DNA of 64,000 nt from Raja brachyura (Eukaryota), in assembly GCA_963514005.1 (NCBI GenBank), contig OY740794.1, forward strand, positions 16,740,001 through 16,804,000. Direction: 5' to 3'. Each line of letters opens with the position of its first letter. The stretch's first letter is position 1. Below are positions 28,316-41,549 of this stretch, piece by piece. Below the pieces are notes generated by a model that was given only the letters and a program-made list of their open reading frames with translations, did not search any database and was not told where the DNA came from. The position numbers and the translations under genes were made by a program.

Positions 28316-28469
28316 GCGGCCCATCAAGTGGGTGAGGATGAAATAAGCTTGTCAACATTGGGTCGAGTTTATACTATTGACTTTAACTCTATGCAGCAGA
28401 TCAATGAGGACACTGGGACAGCCCGTGCTATTCAGAGAAAACCCAATCCATTGGCCAACACGAATACTG
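28316..28469 (+). CDS. TRIP12: TRIP12 exon (WWE domain C-terminal half)
   Basis: tcacag|GCG..ACTG|gtgagt; [51 protein letters not shown]. Confidence 0.95.
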
Positions 28470-29118
28470 GTGAGTACTTATGAATTAACCTTAAAGCTTG
28501 TTAGTCTCAAAGTAAAAGTAATTAAGGTTTGAAAATACACCTGTATTGACTTGAATCTTTTTGTAGCTAAAGTTGGTTTTGTACATGAAATGGTTGAGAT
28601 AAGCGACAACCTTTCATCATAGGGTGCTTTCTAAGACTACTGGCTACAATTAATGTATGGAGGGAAACATGCCGGTTTTACAATTCAGCAATATCCTACA
28701 AAGAATAATTTTAAAATCTTTATCTTTCATTAAACTTTATTCCTTTTATCCTATATTTATACACTATATAGTCTTTCAACTGACTGGATAGCATGCAGCA
28801 AAAAAGCTTTTCAATGTACCTTGGTACACAAGACAATTAACTAAACTAAAATATGCAACTCAATGGACTGTATGGAGAACTATACTGCTGTTCAAAGTGT
28901 GCGGTGAATCTTTTGTCTTCCTGAGAGCAGATTGATTTAACATTTTAGGTTTGACTCGTTCTCCATAACATTCCAATTTTCATTCAAGACCAAGTAAAAC
29001 TTGAATTTACAACTTTAATTTGGAGTCATGGATAACTATTGATAACTAATATTTTTCTCCAACATTTTTATATTAATTTAGTTTTAAAAGTCCATATAGG
29101 TTGTAGATATTAGCATCA

Positions 29119-30575
29119 CAGTGCCCTCCATAATGTTTGGGACAAAGACCCGTCATTTATTTATTTGTCTCTGTACTTCACAGTTTGAGATTTGTAATAG
29201 AAATAAATCACATGTGGTTAAAGTGCACATTGTCAGATTTTATTAAAGGCCATTTTTATACATTTCGGTTTCACCATGTAGAAATTGCAGCTGTGTTTAC
29301 ACATAGTTCCCCCATTTCGGGGCACCACAATGTTTGGGACACTTGGCTTAACAGGTGTTTGTATTTGCTCAGGTGTGTTTAAATGCCTCCTTAATGCAGG
29401 TATAAGAGAGCTCCCAGTACATGAACATAGTCTTTCCTCACCTTGGAAACTTTTATTGCTGTTTATCAACATGATCAAAGTTGTGCCAATGAAAGTCAAA
29501 GAAACCATTATGAGACTGACAAACAAGAATAAAACTGTTAGAGACATCAGCCAATCCTTAGCCTTACCAAAATCAACTGTTTGGAACATCATTAAGAAGA
29601 AAGAGCACTGGTGAGCTTACTAATCGCAAAGGGACTGGCAGGCCAAGGATGACCTCCACAGCTGATGACAGAAGAATTCTCTAGAATAAAGAAAAATCCC
29701 CAAACACCAGTCTGACAGATCAGAAACACTCTTCAGGAGTCGGGTGTGGATTTGTCAATAACCACTGGGATCGACCTTGAGGGTCGCAGAGCCTGTGGAC
29801 CTACCATCGCGGAGCTGGCTGACTTCGGCAGCTGTGGTGGCGCTGCGGCTGTGACCCGACTTCGGAGGCTTCGGTCGTGGGCCCTGTGGACTGGGACATC
29901 GGGAGCTTGCAGGTGCCTGGTTGGTGACCAATTTTCAGGAGCTCCAGCAACAGCAGCTTCATCCGCCCCGAATCGTAAGGCTTGAATCGGCCCGTTCGCA
30001 GGGCCTGTCATCGCTCGCCGTGGCTTAAAATCGGCCGTGGGATCTGAATATCGGGAGCCTCGATCGCCTCAACGCAGCAGTTTGATTGCCTGACCACGGG
30101 AGAAGAAGCAAGGAAGAGATAAGACTTGCCTTCCATCACAGTGAGGAGGTGCCTGGAGTAGATTCAGTGTGATGGATGATTGTGTTTCATTGTGTGTTTT
30201 GTTGCTTTCTTACTGTTATGACTGCATGGCAACGAAATTTAGTTCAAACCTGTTTTTGAATGACAAATAAAAATATCCAATTCGTCAATTCAATTATCCG
30301 ATCTGAACCCAACTGAGCATGCCTTTTATATGCTGAAGAGGACTAGCCCCCAAAACAAGCATAAGCTAAAGATGGCTGCAATACAGGCCTGGCAGAGCAT
30401 CACCAGAGAAGACACCTAGCAACTGGTGATGTCCACGAATCGCAGACTTCAAATGGTCATTGCATGCAAACGATGTGCAACAAAATACTAAACATGACTT
30501 TGTTGTGTCCCAAACATTATGGTGCCCTGAAATGGGGGGGACTATGTATAAACACTGCTGTAATTTCTACATGGT
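29119..30575 (+). mobile_element. Second Tc1 copy of the same family, internally deleted and interrupted, right TIR truncated
   Basis: Left TIR and transposase 5' part align with 4463-5120; resumes at gatctgaacccaactgagcat (DLNPTEH). Confidence 0.9.
29767..30295 (+). mobile_element. GC-rich non-autonomous retroelement fragment with LINE-like 3' tail, nested in Tc1
   Basis: CpG-rich body; shares gaccacggg..gaagag..gccttcc(a/c)tcacagtg and a ctgcatgg..tgaca(a)ataaa tail with 35378-36210. Confidence 0.65.
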
Positions 30576-31551
30576 AAAAAACATAAGCCTGTCTTTGGAA
30601 AAAGTTGCCTCTCCAATCCCTTTTTAAAACCTTTCCCCTTGTACCTTTAATATAAATATTTCTCTCAATACATGACTTTGAAGACTTGTGTAGAATCGGC
30701 TGTAATTAAGTCGATGGTTACTTTGTGTAATTGCAAGCCCTCATACCTAGATACATTTTTGTACATTTTTTCAATACCTTCAAATGTTTGGTGCCTAGTA
30801 TTGGTGGTCATAATGCTCTAACCAGGTTGGTGCTTTGTGACTTTTTCCTATGTTCCAATTGGTGTTCTTGCAGGAACGGGGTAGGTGAATAAGCACAGAT
30901 TGAATTCTAAATGTTAGAACTTTACAGCTCAGTATTATCCGTGACAATTAAAGATGTGATGTGTTAATCAGTATTACGTGTCAAACATTCAACTGTACAG
31001 CACAGGAACAGGCCATTTGGCCCACTATTATTGTGCTAAACATGATCCCAAATCAAACTAATAATTTCTACCTGCACATGATCCATATCCCTCTGTTCTC
31101 TACATATTCATTCGAATATTTGACATTCCCATCCAAAACATTCTGATTATCTACCCTAATTGTGCCTCTGATCATCATTTTGTTTACGTCTATCGCATCT
31201 CCTTTCAGTTTCCAGAGAAAAAAATACAAGTTTGTACAACCCACTATTATTATGAATTATATATTGTACAAGTATGTACAACTCTCTGATTCAGCATCCT
31301 AATAAGCATCTTCTGCGCCCTTCGCAAGCCTGCACATCTTCCTGTAATGGAGAAACCAGAAAATGCGCACAATATTTCAGATGTGGCCTTACCAAAATAT
31401 TATAAAGTTGTAGCGAGTTCCTGACATGACTTAATGCCCCGACCGATGAAGACGAGCATAGATATGTCATCTTTACCATTCTATCTGCTGGTGTTGCTAC
31501 TTTCAGCAGCTAGTGATTCTACATCAATGCTGTTAACAGTTCTGCCATTAA

Positions 31552-31641
31552 CTGAAGAAGGGTCTCAACCCGAAACATCACCCATTCCTTTGCTCCAGAG
31601 ATGCTGCCTGTCCTGCTGAGTTACTCCAGCTTTTTGTATCT
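31552..31641 (+). mobile_element. Penelope terminal fragment with hammerhead-like core
   Basis: ctgaagaagggtctcaacccgaaacatc...gagttactccagc. Confidence 0.75.
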
Positions 31642-31693
31642 AACTGTACCCTTTACCCTTGCATTTGACCTCCCAAAATGCAATACCTCACAC

Positions 31694-31958
31694 TTTAGTT
31701 TAGAGACAGTGCAGAAACGGGCCTTTCATCTCACCGAGTCTGCACCGACTAGTGATCCCTGCACACTAACGCTATCCTACACACTGGGCACAACTTGCTA
31801 TTTTTACTGCAGTCAATTAACCTCCAAACCTGTCTTTGGAGTGAGGGAGGGAAACGGAGCGGCCAGGGGGAGAACGTACAAACTCTGTACAGACAGCACC
31901 CGTGGTCGGGATCAAACCCGGGTCTCTGGCGCTGTAAGGTAGTATCACTGTGCCACCC
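31694..31958 (-). mobile_element. V-SINE (HE1-like)
   Basis: Same head, V-domain and tail as 17127-17432. Confidence 0.82.
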
Positions 31959-32994
31959 AATCAGGACTGATCTTCATCTGCCTTTTCCCTGCCCTATATC
32001 CTGCTGTTTCCTTTGACAGCCATCTTCAATGTTTGCAACTCCTGCCCTTTTGTAATGTCTGCAAACTTACTAAACAATCCATCTACTTTTCCATCCAAGT
32101 CATTGTTAATATCACGAAGAGAACCCAGCACTGACCTTGCGCAGCACCACTTGTCTTGGATCTCCCGCCACAGCCCCCTTCCACCGCTACCCTCAGTCTT
32201 TACGTAAGTCCATTCTGAATCCAGACTACTGGGTCACTGTATCACATGCATTGGAATTTTCTGGAGCAGTCAACCATGAGGAAATTTTGCCAAATGACTT
32301 CCTGAAGTCCATGTAGATAACAGGCACTGCCCTATCCTCATCCGTCACCTTTGTCACCTCGAAAAACACATTCAAGTTAGCAAAAATTGACATGCTGTAG
32401 TCAAGGTCCTGCTGACTGCCCCGAATTATCCCATTCTCTTCCAAACGTAAGTGAATCCTCTCCAATAGCATTGAGTCTCACAAGCCTAATTCATTAGTTA
32501 CCTGTACTTCCACCTTATCAAAGGAATAACAATGGATATTCTCCAGTCCTCTGGGATCTTGTTTGCAGGTAGAGAGGATACAATGGTCCCATTAATCTCC
32601 TCTCAATAACCTGGAATAGATCTCATCAGGCTTTGGGGACATCCACCTTAATGCTCTTTAAGGGATCCAACACCTCCACCTTATTGATCTCTGCCTAGCG
32701 TTTTAGTACACCTCACACTGATCTCTCTATACTCTATCTCATATTTGCTGGTAAATGCCAATGCAAAGCTCAAGACCAGAGCAGAAATTAAGTTGAGCCC
32801 ACCTGTTTTGAACATGTGGCTATGAGACATTTGCTGGTGTAGAAAGAGATTAGCATCCCGCCTTAATTTCTTGCCATTGGATAGGAGTTACCTGAATTCA
32901 GTAAAGTTAATTAGTTATTATGAATGTTGATACAGATATGGAAGCAGTCGGAATAAAGTAATCTGATGTTAGATTTTTTTTTTTAATTATGTAG

Positions 32995-33223
32995 GTGGTC
33001 ACTCTGAAACCAGGAAGGATGATGCACGTGCTCAACTAATGAGGGAGGATCCAGACCTGGCTAAATGCTTTATAAAGACATTGTTTGGTGTGTTGTATGA
33101 AGTGTATAGTTCGTCAGCTGGACCTGCTGTCAGACACAAGTGCCTTAGAGCAATTCTTAGAATAATTTATTTTGCTGATGCTGAGCTTCTAAAGGATGTT
33201 CTAAAAAATCATGCTGTCTCCAG
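32995..33223 (+). CDS. TRIP12: TRIP12 exon
   Basis: atgtag|GT..CCAG|gtaggt; [75 protein letters not shown]. Confidence 0.96.
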
Positions 33224-34214
33224 GTAGGTATTAATTGTAAAATATCTTGAACTTTTATTTTTAAAATGTACTTTTTCTGCTGAGCATGGGGAACCAGAAC
33301 ATTGAATACGTATAAAATCACTAATTATCCTCACTTTGGGTTTTTATAATCTTAATAGAGGATGAAGGCAAGGAACCAGAAGATGTGGTTCTAAATTAAT
33401 TTGCAAAATAGCCACGGATGCAGCTTGTTTTGCCCCGAGTTGTGCCAATTTAAAATGTTTATATCCAAAAGTAGATTTTAGTTACTAGAAATGTGAATTA
33501 GAAGTGGTATTCGATGCCTTTATCGGTATAACAGTATCTGTGGCGAGAAACAGTAAATATGTGTTGAATGTCATTTCATCAAAGGCATTGGTGTGCCAGA
33601 AATTGTACAATGCATTAACATTTTCAGGGTTGTGATTTAGTTAGCATAAAGTTGCCATGGGTTTAATTACCTTGTGCTGTTTCATTCTGTTGTGTCTCCC
33701 CGTAGACTTTAAAGTTATTCAGAATTGTCTTTCTGTTGGTTTTACACAAGAAGTGATGCCTAAGGAGGATGGGATGTTTTATAACTTCCCCACATCCCCA
33801 TCTCCTCAAACACTTCTCATTGATGGAACCAACTTAATATACAAACTTTGTCCTTTTTATTAATATGAAAGTTTAAAACTATCTTAGTTGTTTAAACATT
33901 GTAGCTCCTGATATGTCTTAAATTACAAAAATAAACCAAGTTAATTTAAAAGAATATTTGTATGTGCCTTGCAAATGGGATTTAATGTGGCATAAATTGT
34001 AATTACTGACAAACATAGGTTTTAATTTTAGGGATACGCAGAGCTGATTGGGAAATTGTAATTTTAAACTATCTGTTCATGATGGTTGTGACATGAAGGA
34101 CTGTTCAATAACACCACTGATCATGTCATTGTTACACAAACACATTTCTTAATTCATAACTAGTTTCAGTGATATGATCAATTATCTTGTATGCATTCTT
34201 CTACTCTTATGTGA

Positions 34215-34382
<168 letters not shown>

Positions 34383-34544
34383 TGAATGTTTCTTGCCTGT
34401 TTTGTGCTTTACACATGGAACTAATTCTCTCAGATAATTGCTCTTATATCTAGAGTTAAGCACAATGTTGAATGTCATTCCTTTCTGTAATTACAATTTG
34501 GAATTTTGAGAAATATAAAATACTTTTTTCAATTTTGGTCAAAG

Positions 34545-34743
34545 GAGTGATGCACCAAGTGAAAAACTTAGCTGAGTCTGAGACTCTGCTGACCAGCCCG
34601 CCCAAGGCATGCAGTAGTGGGATAGGAAGTCTGGGCACAACGGCTACAATTAGCACAGCTACAGCTGCAAGCAATACCATTCCTGATCTAGGATCTCCCA
34701 GCTTCCAAAGTATGGACGACTCTTTGGATTTAAGCCCCCAGGG
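34545..34743 (+). CDS. TRIP12: TRIP12 exon
   Basis: tcaaag|GA..CAGGG|gtaagt; [25 protein letters not shown]...DDSLDLSPQ(G). Confidence 0.95.
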
Positions 34744-35237
34744 GTAAGTCTGAAAATATTTCATTCATGTGGTAAAATGCTTCTGCATTCTCATCATTTT
34801 GGGGTTTTATTGATCAACAAACAGATGAATAATCTTGGATATTAGTTGGGTGCAATTTAATAACTGGCACAACTAATTTTATTTAAAAGCCATGTCGTTT
34901 AGTCTGGGCACATTTAAAACAACATTATGAGATTTTACTTGTTGAAGCCTCATTTATATCTGATTCACGCTATGTCTGGCACCGCTGCACAAAGCCACAA
35001 CAGTAAAGGTTCGGTGTACGTTTCGACAGACATAACAGGCATTGTGTAAACCTGAAGCACAAGTATTTATTAAAAGAAACGCATCTTCAGAAATCTGCCT
35101 AGAATGACCTAATGTTCTGATTTTTTTGTTTTGTTTATGAAGCAGTACTTTGTAGACTGAAAATTGCTGAAGTGTAATAAAGTTTGTAATTTAGGATGGT
35201 AACTGATTTGCAAGGGTACAGTAATTGCCAGGTACTA

Positions 35238-36470
35238 GATTTAGGTTTGTTATTGTCATGTGTACTGAGGTACAGTGAAATGCTTTGCTTTGCATGTCCT
35301 CCAATCAAATCAGAATTCTATACTTAAGCCAAACTCGAGTAAAATAGGTGAAGTGAAGAAAATGATTCACTCGAGTGGTGGCGACATCGAGTGTGGCTGC
35401 CTAGCTTGCAGCTGTCTGCCCTTTCATTCTTTTTGTTATATTTTTAGCCTGTTTTAAAGTTTGTTTTGGATATCTTTTAGTCTTATTTATGTTGGGGGGG
35501 GGGGGGGGGATGAAACTTTTCTTGGTCACTTCCTGGTTGAGGATGCGACTATTCTCCGTGCCGCGGCTTTGCTCCCCTCCTTGCGGCCTACCACCTCGAT
35601 TGGCGCTGCCTTTGCTGGCGGAGACTGGCCAGAGCCTCGGCTGCAGCACCGGCGGCTCAGCACTGGATTCCATCGCGGAGTGAGCGATGCCTTACCGGGC
35701 TCGCGGTGTTGTAGCTCCGTAGTGCTGCGTCTACTGGCTTTGACACCGTGCCGCTGTGGTCTGCGGAGCTTCCAGCCGCTGGTGGTGCTGATGTTCCCGG
35801 CGCTGACGTTTCGGCCGGCGCCAACTTTGACTTTAACATTGCTGTGCCCTGGGATCTCTTGCTGAGGTCGCCAGCGTTGAATCTCTGCCCAGCTTGGCCT
35901 GTGGACTTCAGAAGCCACGGTCTCCGGTAGGAAGCGGCCGATTCAGAGGCTCCGGGCCGCTTAGAGTGTTCGAGGGCCTGAATCATCGGTCCCGTAGCGG
36001 CGACTGCGGAGGCCTCAATAGGCCCCGACCACGGGTGAACTGAGGAAGAGGACTTTGGTGCCTTCCCTCACAGTGGAAAATGTTGATTCCGCTGTGGGGG
36101 GATGTTTTATGTTAAATTCTAAAATGCTATGTTTATTTTATTTGTGTGCTGCATGGTAACTCAAATCTCACTGCACCAATTGGTGTATGTGACAATAAAT
36201 GTCCTTTGATAGTGCAGAATATAGTTCTCAGCATTAGAGTGCAGTGGTTCAAGAGAAAATTCAAAGTCTGCAATGAGATTGAGGAGAATTGGGTCTGTAT
36301 CTTAGCTTATGGAAAGACCATTAAGAAACCTAATAACAGAGAGGAAGAAGCTGTTCCCGAGTGTGGTGGGACGTGCTTTCAAACTTTCCTTCTGCCTGAC
36401 TGAAGTGGGAAGGCGGAGGAATGACCGGAGTGGAAAACGTTTTTGAATGCGTTTGGCTGTTTTTCCGAGA
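35238..36470 (-). mobile_element. Rex1/Babar 3' fragment split by a GC-rich insertion
   Basis: ttattgtcatgtgtactgaggtacagtgaaa tail on the left and gaagaagctgttc (NSFF) segment on the right. Confidence 0.65.
35378..36210 (+). mobile_element. GC-rich non-autonomous retroelement, possibly full length, with Rex1-like tail
   Basis: Head gtggcgacatcgagtgtggctgcc, CpG-rich body, tail gtgacaataaatgtcctttga; agtg on both flanks. Confidence 0.65.
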
Positions 36471-37289
36471 GGGTGTGAAATACAGCTGGAATTGGACTAC
36501 ATCTAATAATGATTTGAAATAATATGGCATTGCTGAGCCACTAATAATACCCCTAGTATCTTAAAGTAATATTTTGTTCCATGGTAAGATCTCAATGCTG
36601 CTTAACATTTGCTTCTAATAAGTAACAAGCTATTCTTATCAATGATGTGGAAGGTTATATATGTGGAAAGTCACACTTTTAATTTTAGCGTGGTGGCTGG
36701 AAGTAGACTATCATAAGACTGGTGTTAAAGAAAATTGAAAGCAAATCCACATCAGAAAGTGAAGCTCAGCAGAAGCTTGGCAGATCTTTACATTTTTATC
36801 CCTCTTAGGTTGGATATTCACTAGAAAAATCTGCACGCTCAAATGCTTGCCATCTGGATGGCAAAAGTGCAATGTGTGCACATGGATGCAAGGATGAATT
36901 TTTTTTTTCACTGTTTACTATATTTAAACTATCATATTTAAGAGTAAGGTGGTGCAGGAGTTAGTGTTGCAGGTAGGGAATGCACTTCTTGCCAGAACAG
37001 ACACTGTGCCAAATGCTTGCCAATAATATAAAAACTGAAAAATCACGATAAATTGTAAATATAAGCTGGAAAGAATATTTTAACTTTAGAATGAAGTTTA
37101 AGTATTAGCTGATTATGTGACATTTTTTCAATCAGTATATTTAAAACCATGCTTTTTTTTGACTGGAACCTTTTTTTTGCCTTAATACATACAGAATAGT
37201 TTAGCACGTTTTAAAAGGATTGCTTTATCTGATATTCAAAGACCATATTGAAAGTGTACAGTAAATGACAGTTCCTTTAAAAGCATGGA

Positions 37290-37980
37290 AGTTCAATGGA
37301 ATATTGGGGTGCAAGTCCATGGCTCACTGAAGGCGACAACACGGTGATGGGTTGGTGAAGAAGGCATACTGAATGCTTGCCTTTAATTGGTGCATGGCGT
37401 AGAAGATCCGTGTTGCAGCATTTTGATATTGGATAGGAATTTCATTATTGGTGGACTGTAACATTACAGGAACTATACATGAAGTATTTGAAGTATTGTA
37501 TGCAGGTCTAGTCGCCGCATTTTTGGGAGGATGTGGAAGCTTTTTTGGGGGGGGGGGTGAGGGTAGTATTAGAGGATTAGTATTAGTTTTAAAGAGAGGC
37601 TGGTCAAACTTGGATTGTTTTTCCTGAATCATCCGTCTACGAGGTGACTGATGGAAGTGTACACAATTGAGGGCCGCGATAAATTAGATGGCCTTTTTCC
37701 CCCAGAGATGGAAATATCAAATACTAGAGGGCATAGCTTTAACATGAATGGGGGAAGATTTAAAGGATTTTTGTTACAATTTTGCACGATTGTAAGAATC
37801 TGGAACATGCTGCCAAGAGAAATGATGGAAGCAGGTACAATAACATTTTAAAGTGGCGTTTACACTGACACGTGAATAGGTAGGGAATTAAGAAATTTAA
37901 ACCATATGGAGACAAATATGCAGTTTAAATTGGCATCATGTTTCTGCACAGGGCCTGTTTCTGTGCTATATTGTCCTTGT
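37290..37980 (+). mobile_element. Degenerate CR1 LINE 3' region
   Basis: NTRGHSF / RIWNMLP remnants; tail gggcctgtttctgtgctat. Confidence 0.75.
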
Positions 37981-38371
37981 ATAAAAATAATTTTCCAAGT
38001 CTCTTGGAATTAATTCAATATACTCTGTCCAACATACCTTCAGTTGGACTTGTGAAGGCAAAATGAGAACTTTATTAAATAATGCAGTAGACAGCAGTGA
38101 TATGATGTGTTAGCATCTGAAAGATGTAACATTGTACTTTCTGTGCTGCTGGCCAAGACACGAGGGGAAACTATCAGTATATTGACCAACGCCACAAATA
38201 ATTTGCTTCATTGCAATGTGTGAAGTTCCACAGTGTTCTATTGACGGGGATAATTTTCCTTGGTAATTACCTGGTAATTGTTAATTACAGGTCTACTTAT
38301 TTCCATGAAATGCATTAAATTTTGACGGGTATAGTCGCGGCTATCTGTAAGGACATTTGCTTTGTTTCCAG

Positions 38372-38472
38372 ACGATTAAGTGATGTCTTAAAGAGGAAAA
38401 GATTGCCAAAACGTGTAACCAGGAGGACGAAGTACTCGCCTCCAAGAGATGATGACAAAGTAGACAATCAAG
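38372..38472 (+). CDS. TRIP12: TRIP12 exon
   Basis: ttccag|A..CAAG|gtatag; [33 protein letters not shown]. Confidence 0.95.
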
Positions 38473-39274
38473 GTATAGTTCCTGTAATGTTACAGTCCTC
38501 TAATAATGGAAATGCCAATTTATTTTTGCTGGTAGTCTGTTTAAACACTTGAAGTATTGTGTGGGAAGATTGTTGGAGTATATGTCTTGGTTTTGGAAGT
38601 TAAAGAGCCAAGAATATTGAGTATCACTTGCATTTGTAAGATTAACAAATGTTGTAACCAAAAATGCTAAATGAAATCATTTTGCGGTTTAGTTCTTTGC
38701 TTAACTTCATGTGCTTGCATTTTATACTGTATGTGCCACCATCTTCACCTGTTTAGCCCATCTGACTCGCAGCTCATTTTCGCACCTAGCTTTATATTGT
38801 CATGAAATACTACACAATCTTTTCATGAAATCGTAGTTAATTATGAGGACCCAGTTCTGATCCTTCAACCACTCATGATCATTGCTAACGTGCAAATAAT
38901 TTATTATCCTATTGCTTTTTAACTTATCCCCTGTTCATGCCAAGATATTACGGCCAAACCTGCTAGGTATTATCACCATCTCGTGAATCTGTTTTCCCCA
39001 TTATTTCTCATGTGACACTTTATCAAATACTACTTGAAAATCCAATCTGCATGGATTCCCTCCTGTTGGTTAAATCTTGACGCTTAGATATGAATCATCA
39101 GCTACTTGGGTTATACTGTGGGCAAAGTTAGAAAATGGGCTCTTAGATTACCTTAAGCATTGCATAGTTTCATATCTGCAGTACTTTTTTGGACAGAAAT
39201 TTGAACTACAGAAAAATGTTTCCATGTGGAAAATTGCTGCCTTTTTACGAGCTTCCAATTTTTTTTCCTTACAG

Positions 39275-39449
39275 CAAAGAGTCCTACAGCTGCCCAGTCA
39301 CCTAAATCTTCCTTCCTTGCAAGTTTGAATCCCAAAACATGGGGCAGGCTAAGCACACAGTCAAATAGCAACAATGCTGAACCAGCACGCACTGCCGGAG
39401 TAAGTGGCATTGCACGGGTCACCTCAAAGGATACCATGTCCAATAACAG
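39275..39449 (+). CDS. TRIP12: TRIP12 exon
   Basis: ttacag|CA..ACAG|gtacta; [57 protein letters not shown]. Confidence 0.95.
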
Positions 39450-39656
39450 GTACTACTCTTTAGAATTATGAGGAAATATTTTATATTTCATAATGCCTCA
39501 TTGTTTCGAGTTTTATCACTGCTGCGTAAAATAGCCAATCTTTTCATTCGGGTTTACGCGTTATTTGGAGGGTTGCTCAGTAAAGTACAATTATGCAGCA
39601 GTTTAATTGGTGGTGGCAGTTTATCAAGTTGAATAATGGTACGAAACTAGCTAAGT

Positions 39657-39938
39657 TTGTTTAAGTTTAGAGATACAGTATGGAAATGGGCCCTTCAGCC
39701 CACTGTGTCTGTGCCGACCAGTGATCCCCACATACTAACGTTATCCTACACCCACGAGGGACAATTTACAATTATAACAAGCCACTTAACCGACATGCCT
39801 GTACATCTTTGGAATGTGGGCGGAAACCGGCGATCCTGGAGAAAACCCACGCAGGTCACGGGGAGAATGTACAAACTCCTAGTCGGGCTCAAACCAGGGT
39901 CTCTGGCGCAGTAAGGCAGCACCTCCACTGATGTGCCA
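39657..39938 (-). mobile_element. V-SINE (HE1-like)
   Basis: Same structure as 17127-17432; part of a duplicated block. Confidence 0.85.
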
Positions 39939-40069
39939 CTGCTGCTCTGTGCTAATAGGCACGATGCTTTATTACTATTGTTGCTGAGGCAAATGTTGTT
40001 GCATGCTAACAGTTGTATGGAATATCGCAATATTACCATTTGTATTTTGAACAACCACTTTCCTTACAG

Positions 40070-40211
40070 AGAGAAGATAAAAGTGTGGATAAAGGAACAA
40101 GCCCATAAATTTGTTGACCGTTACTTCACCTCAGAGAATGTGGATACAAGCAATCCAGCACTGAATGTTCTGCAGAGACTTTGTTCGGCCACTGAGCAAC
40201 TAAGTTTGCAG
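40070..40211 (+). CDS. TRIP12: TRIP12 exon
   Basis: ttacag|A..CAG|gtctga; [47 protein letters not shown]. Confidence 0.95.
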
Positions 40212-41549
40212 GTCTGAATCAAAAGCTTTTCAAAACCCAATGAGTAAATGATTTGCAATAGAGTTGCAGCTTGAAGAAAAATTCAAGTGACCAACTCTGT
40301 ATATTTAAGTTTTACTATTTGTAGTCCAATTCCTGAATATTTCATTCCTTATCAAATGGTTGAGGAATCTGATTCCTCAATGTTTATTCACTTGTTTTGT
40401 TTAGCTGCAAGAGGTGTGCATTGTTTTTTTCATCCTTTGGGTAAATACTTATAACCGACTTAACTATCTGACTAACTGTAAAGCAAAATTAGGGCATTTG
40501 ATGCAGTAAGTCCATGTTAGCTCTCAGCAGGGCAATCCTATTAGTCCCATTACCCCTCTCCTTAATTCCTGTGGCCTTTCTACTTATTCTATTACATGCC
40601 CGTCAATTCCAGTACAATTCTTTCACCATCTATCTACTCTAAGTGTTAATTTGTTACAGCCAGTTAATTTAACAACTCTTCTTTCGGATGAGGGTTCTTT
40701 TGTTGAGGCAGTAGCACTTTCTGATGTGCCAGCAATTTCAGTTTGTGGAAAAACTGCTTACTTTCTCATGGCAAGCAATGATGTCCTTCAACTCTGTTTA
40801 TCACTGCCAATTTTTAGCAGTAACTTGGGTGGGACCTGTTGATGTTATGGACTCAAGTTTTCTATCAGAGATGAGACTACACAGGCTGATAATGCAGGAT
40901 CAAAGTTAGAATGGTTAAGTTTGCTGATGAGGCAAATATGGTAGAAAAGTGTGAAGAGGAAATAAGGCTACAAAAGGATATTGATATTTTAGGTCGTTGG
41001 CTAAATATCTTGATTCTAACATAGTTATTTGAAGTAACCAGTAAGAATACAGCACCCGAGTAAAGTCATATAATTTCTATTTGTGCAATTCGGCCCCAGA
41101 ATTACAAATCACAGCAATGGAAAATTGCTTCACTTCTCAGAAAAGGGTTTTTAACATCCATCCAGGAAAACAATATACGCATCATTTCTGCAGCTCTGCC
41201 AGAAGACACCTTTATGACACAACCAGTCCAATAATATTGTCTGTCTTGATCTGGTCACTTCAATCATCTGTCCTGCCTTCTGCAAGCACAGCACATAATC
41301 CCTTCCACCTGTTTTGTTTGACAGATTTTCCTTTGCCCGAGGAGAGACCAAGTTCAGCCATTTTGAAACTATTTGGAATGTGTCTGCCATGCTTCAGAGA
41401 TGACGAGGGCCCTTCTTGAAAACAGTGGGGGGGGGGGGACAAAATTGATAAATAATTTAAAGGGGATCTTTATGAATAACAAAAAAATAAGACATCAGGA
41501 CAAGTGAATGGGTTTCAATGTTAAGATATTTCACCCAAAATTGGAGTCG

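Larger units (their letters stand above)
30990..32770 (-). mobile_element. Degenerate CR1 LINE with nested Penelope fragment and SINE
   Basis: LYNILVRPHLKYC and IYMDFRKSFGK remnants on the minus strand; tail caggccatttggccca. Confidence 0.75.

Noticed and set aside
35401-35986. Six overlapping ORFs on both strands, and similar ones at 29733-30011
   Set aside because: Explained by high GC content (few stops) in a non-coding repeat; no recognisable protein.
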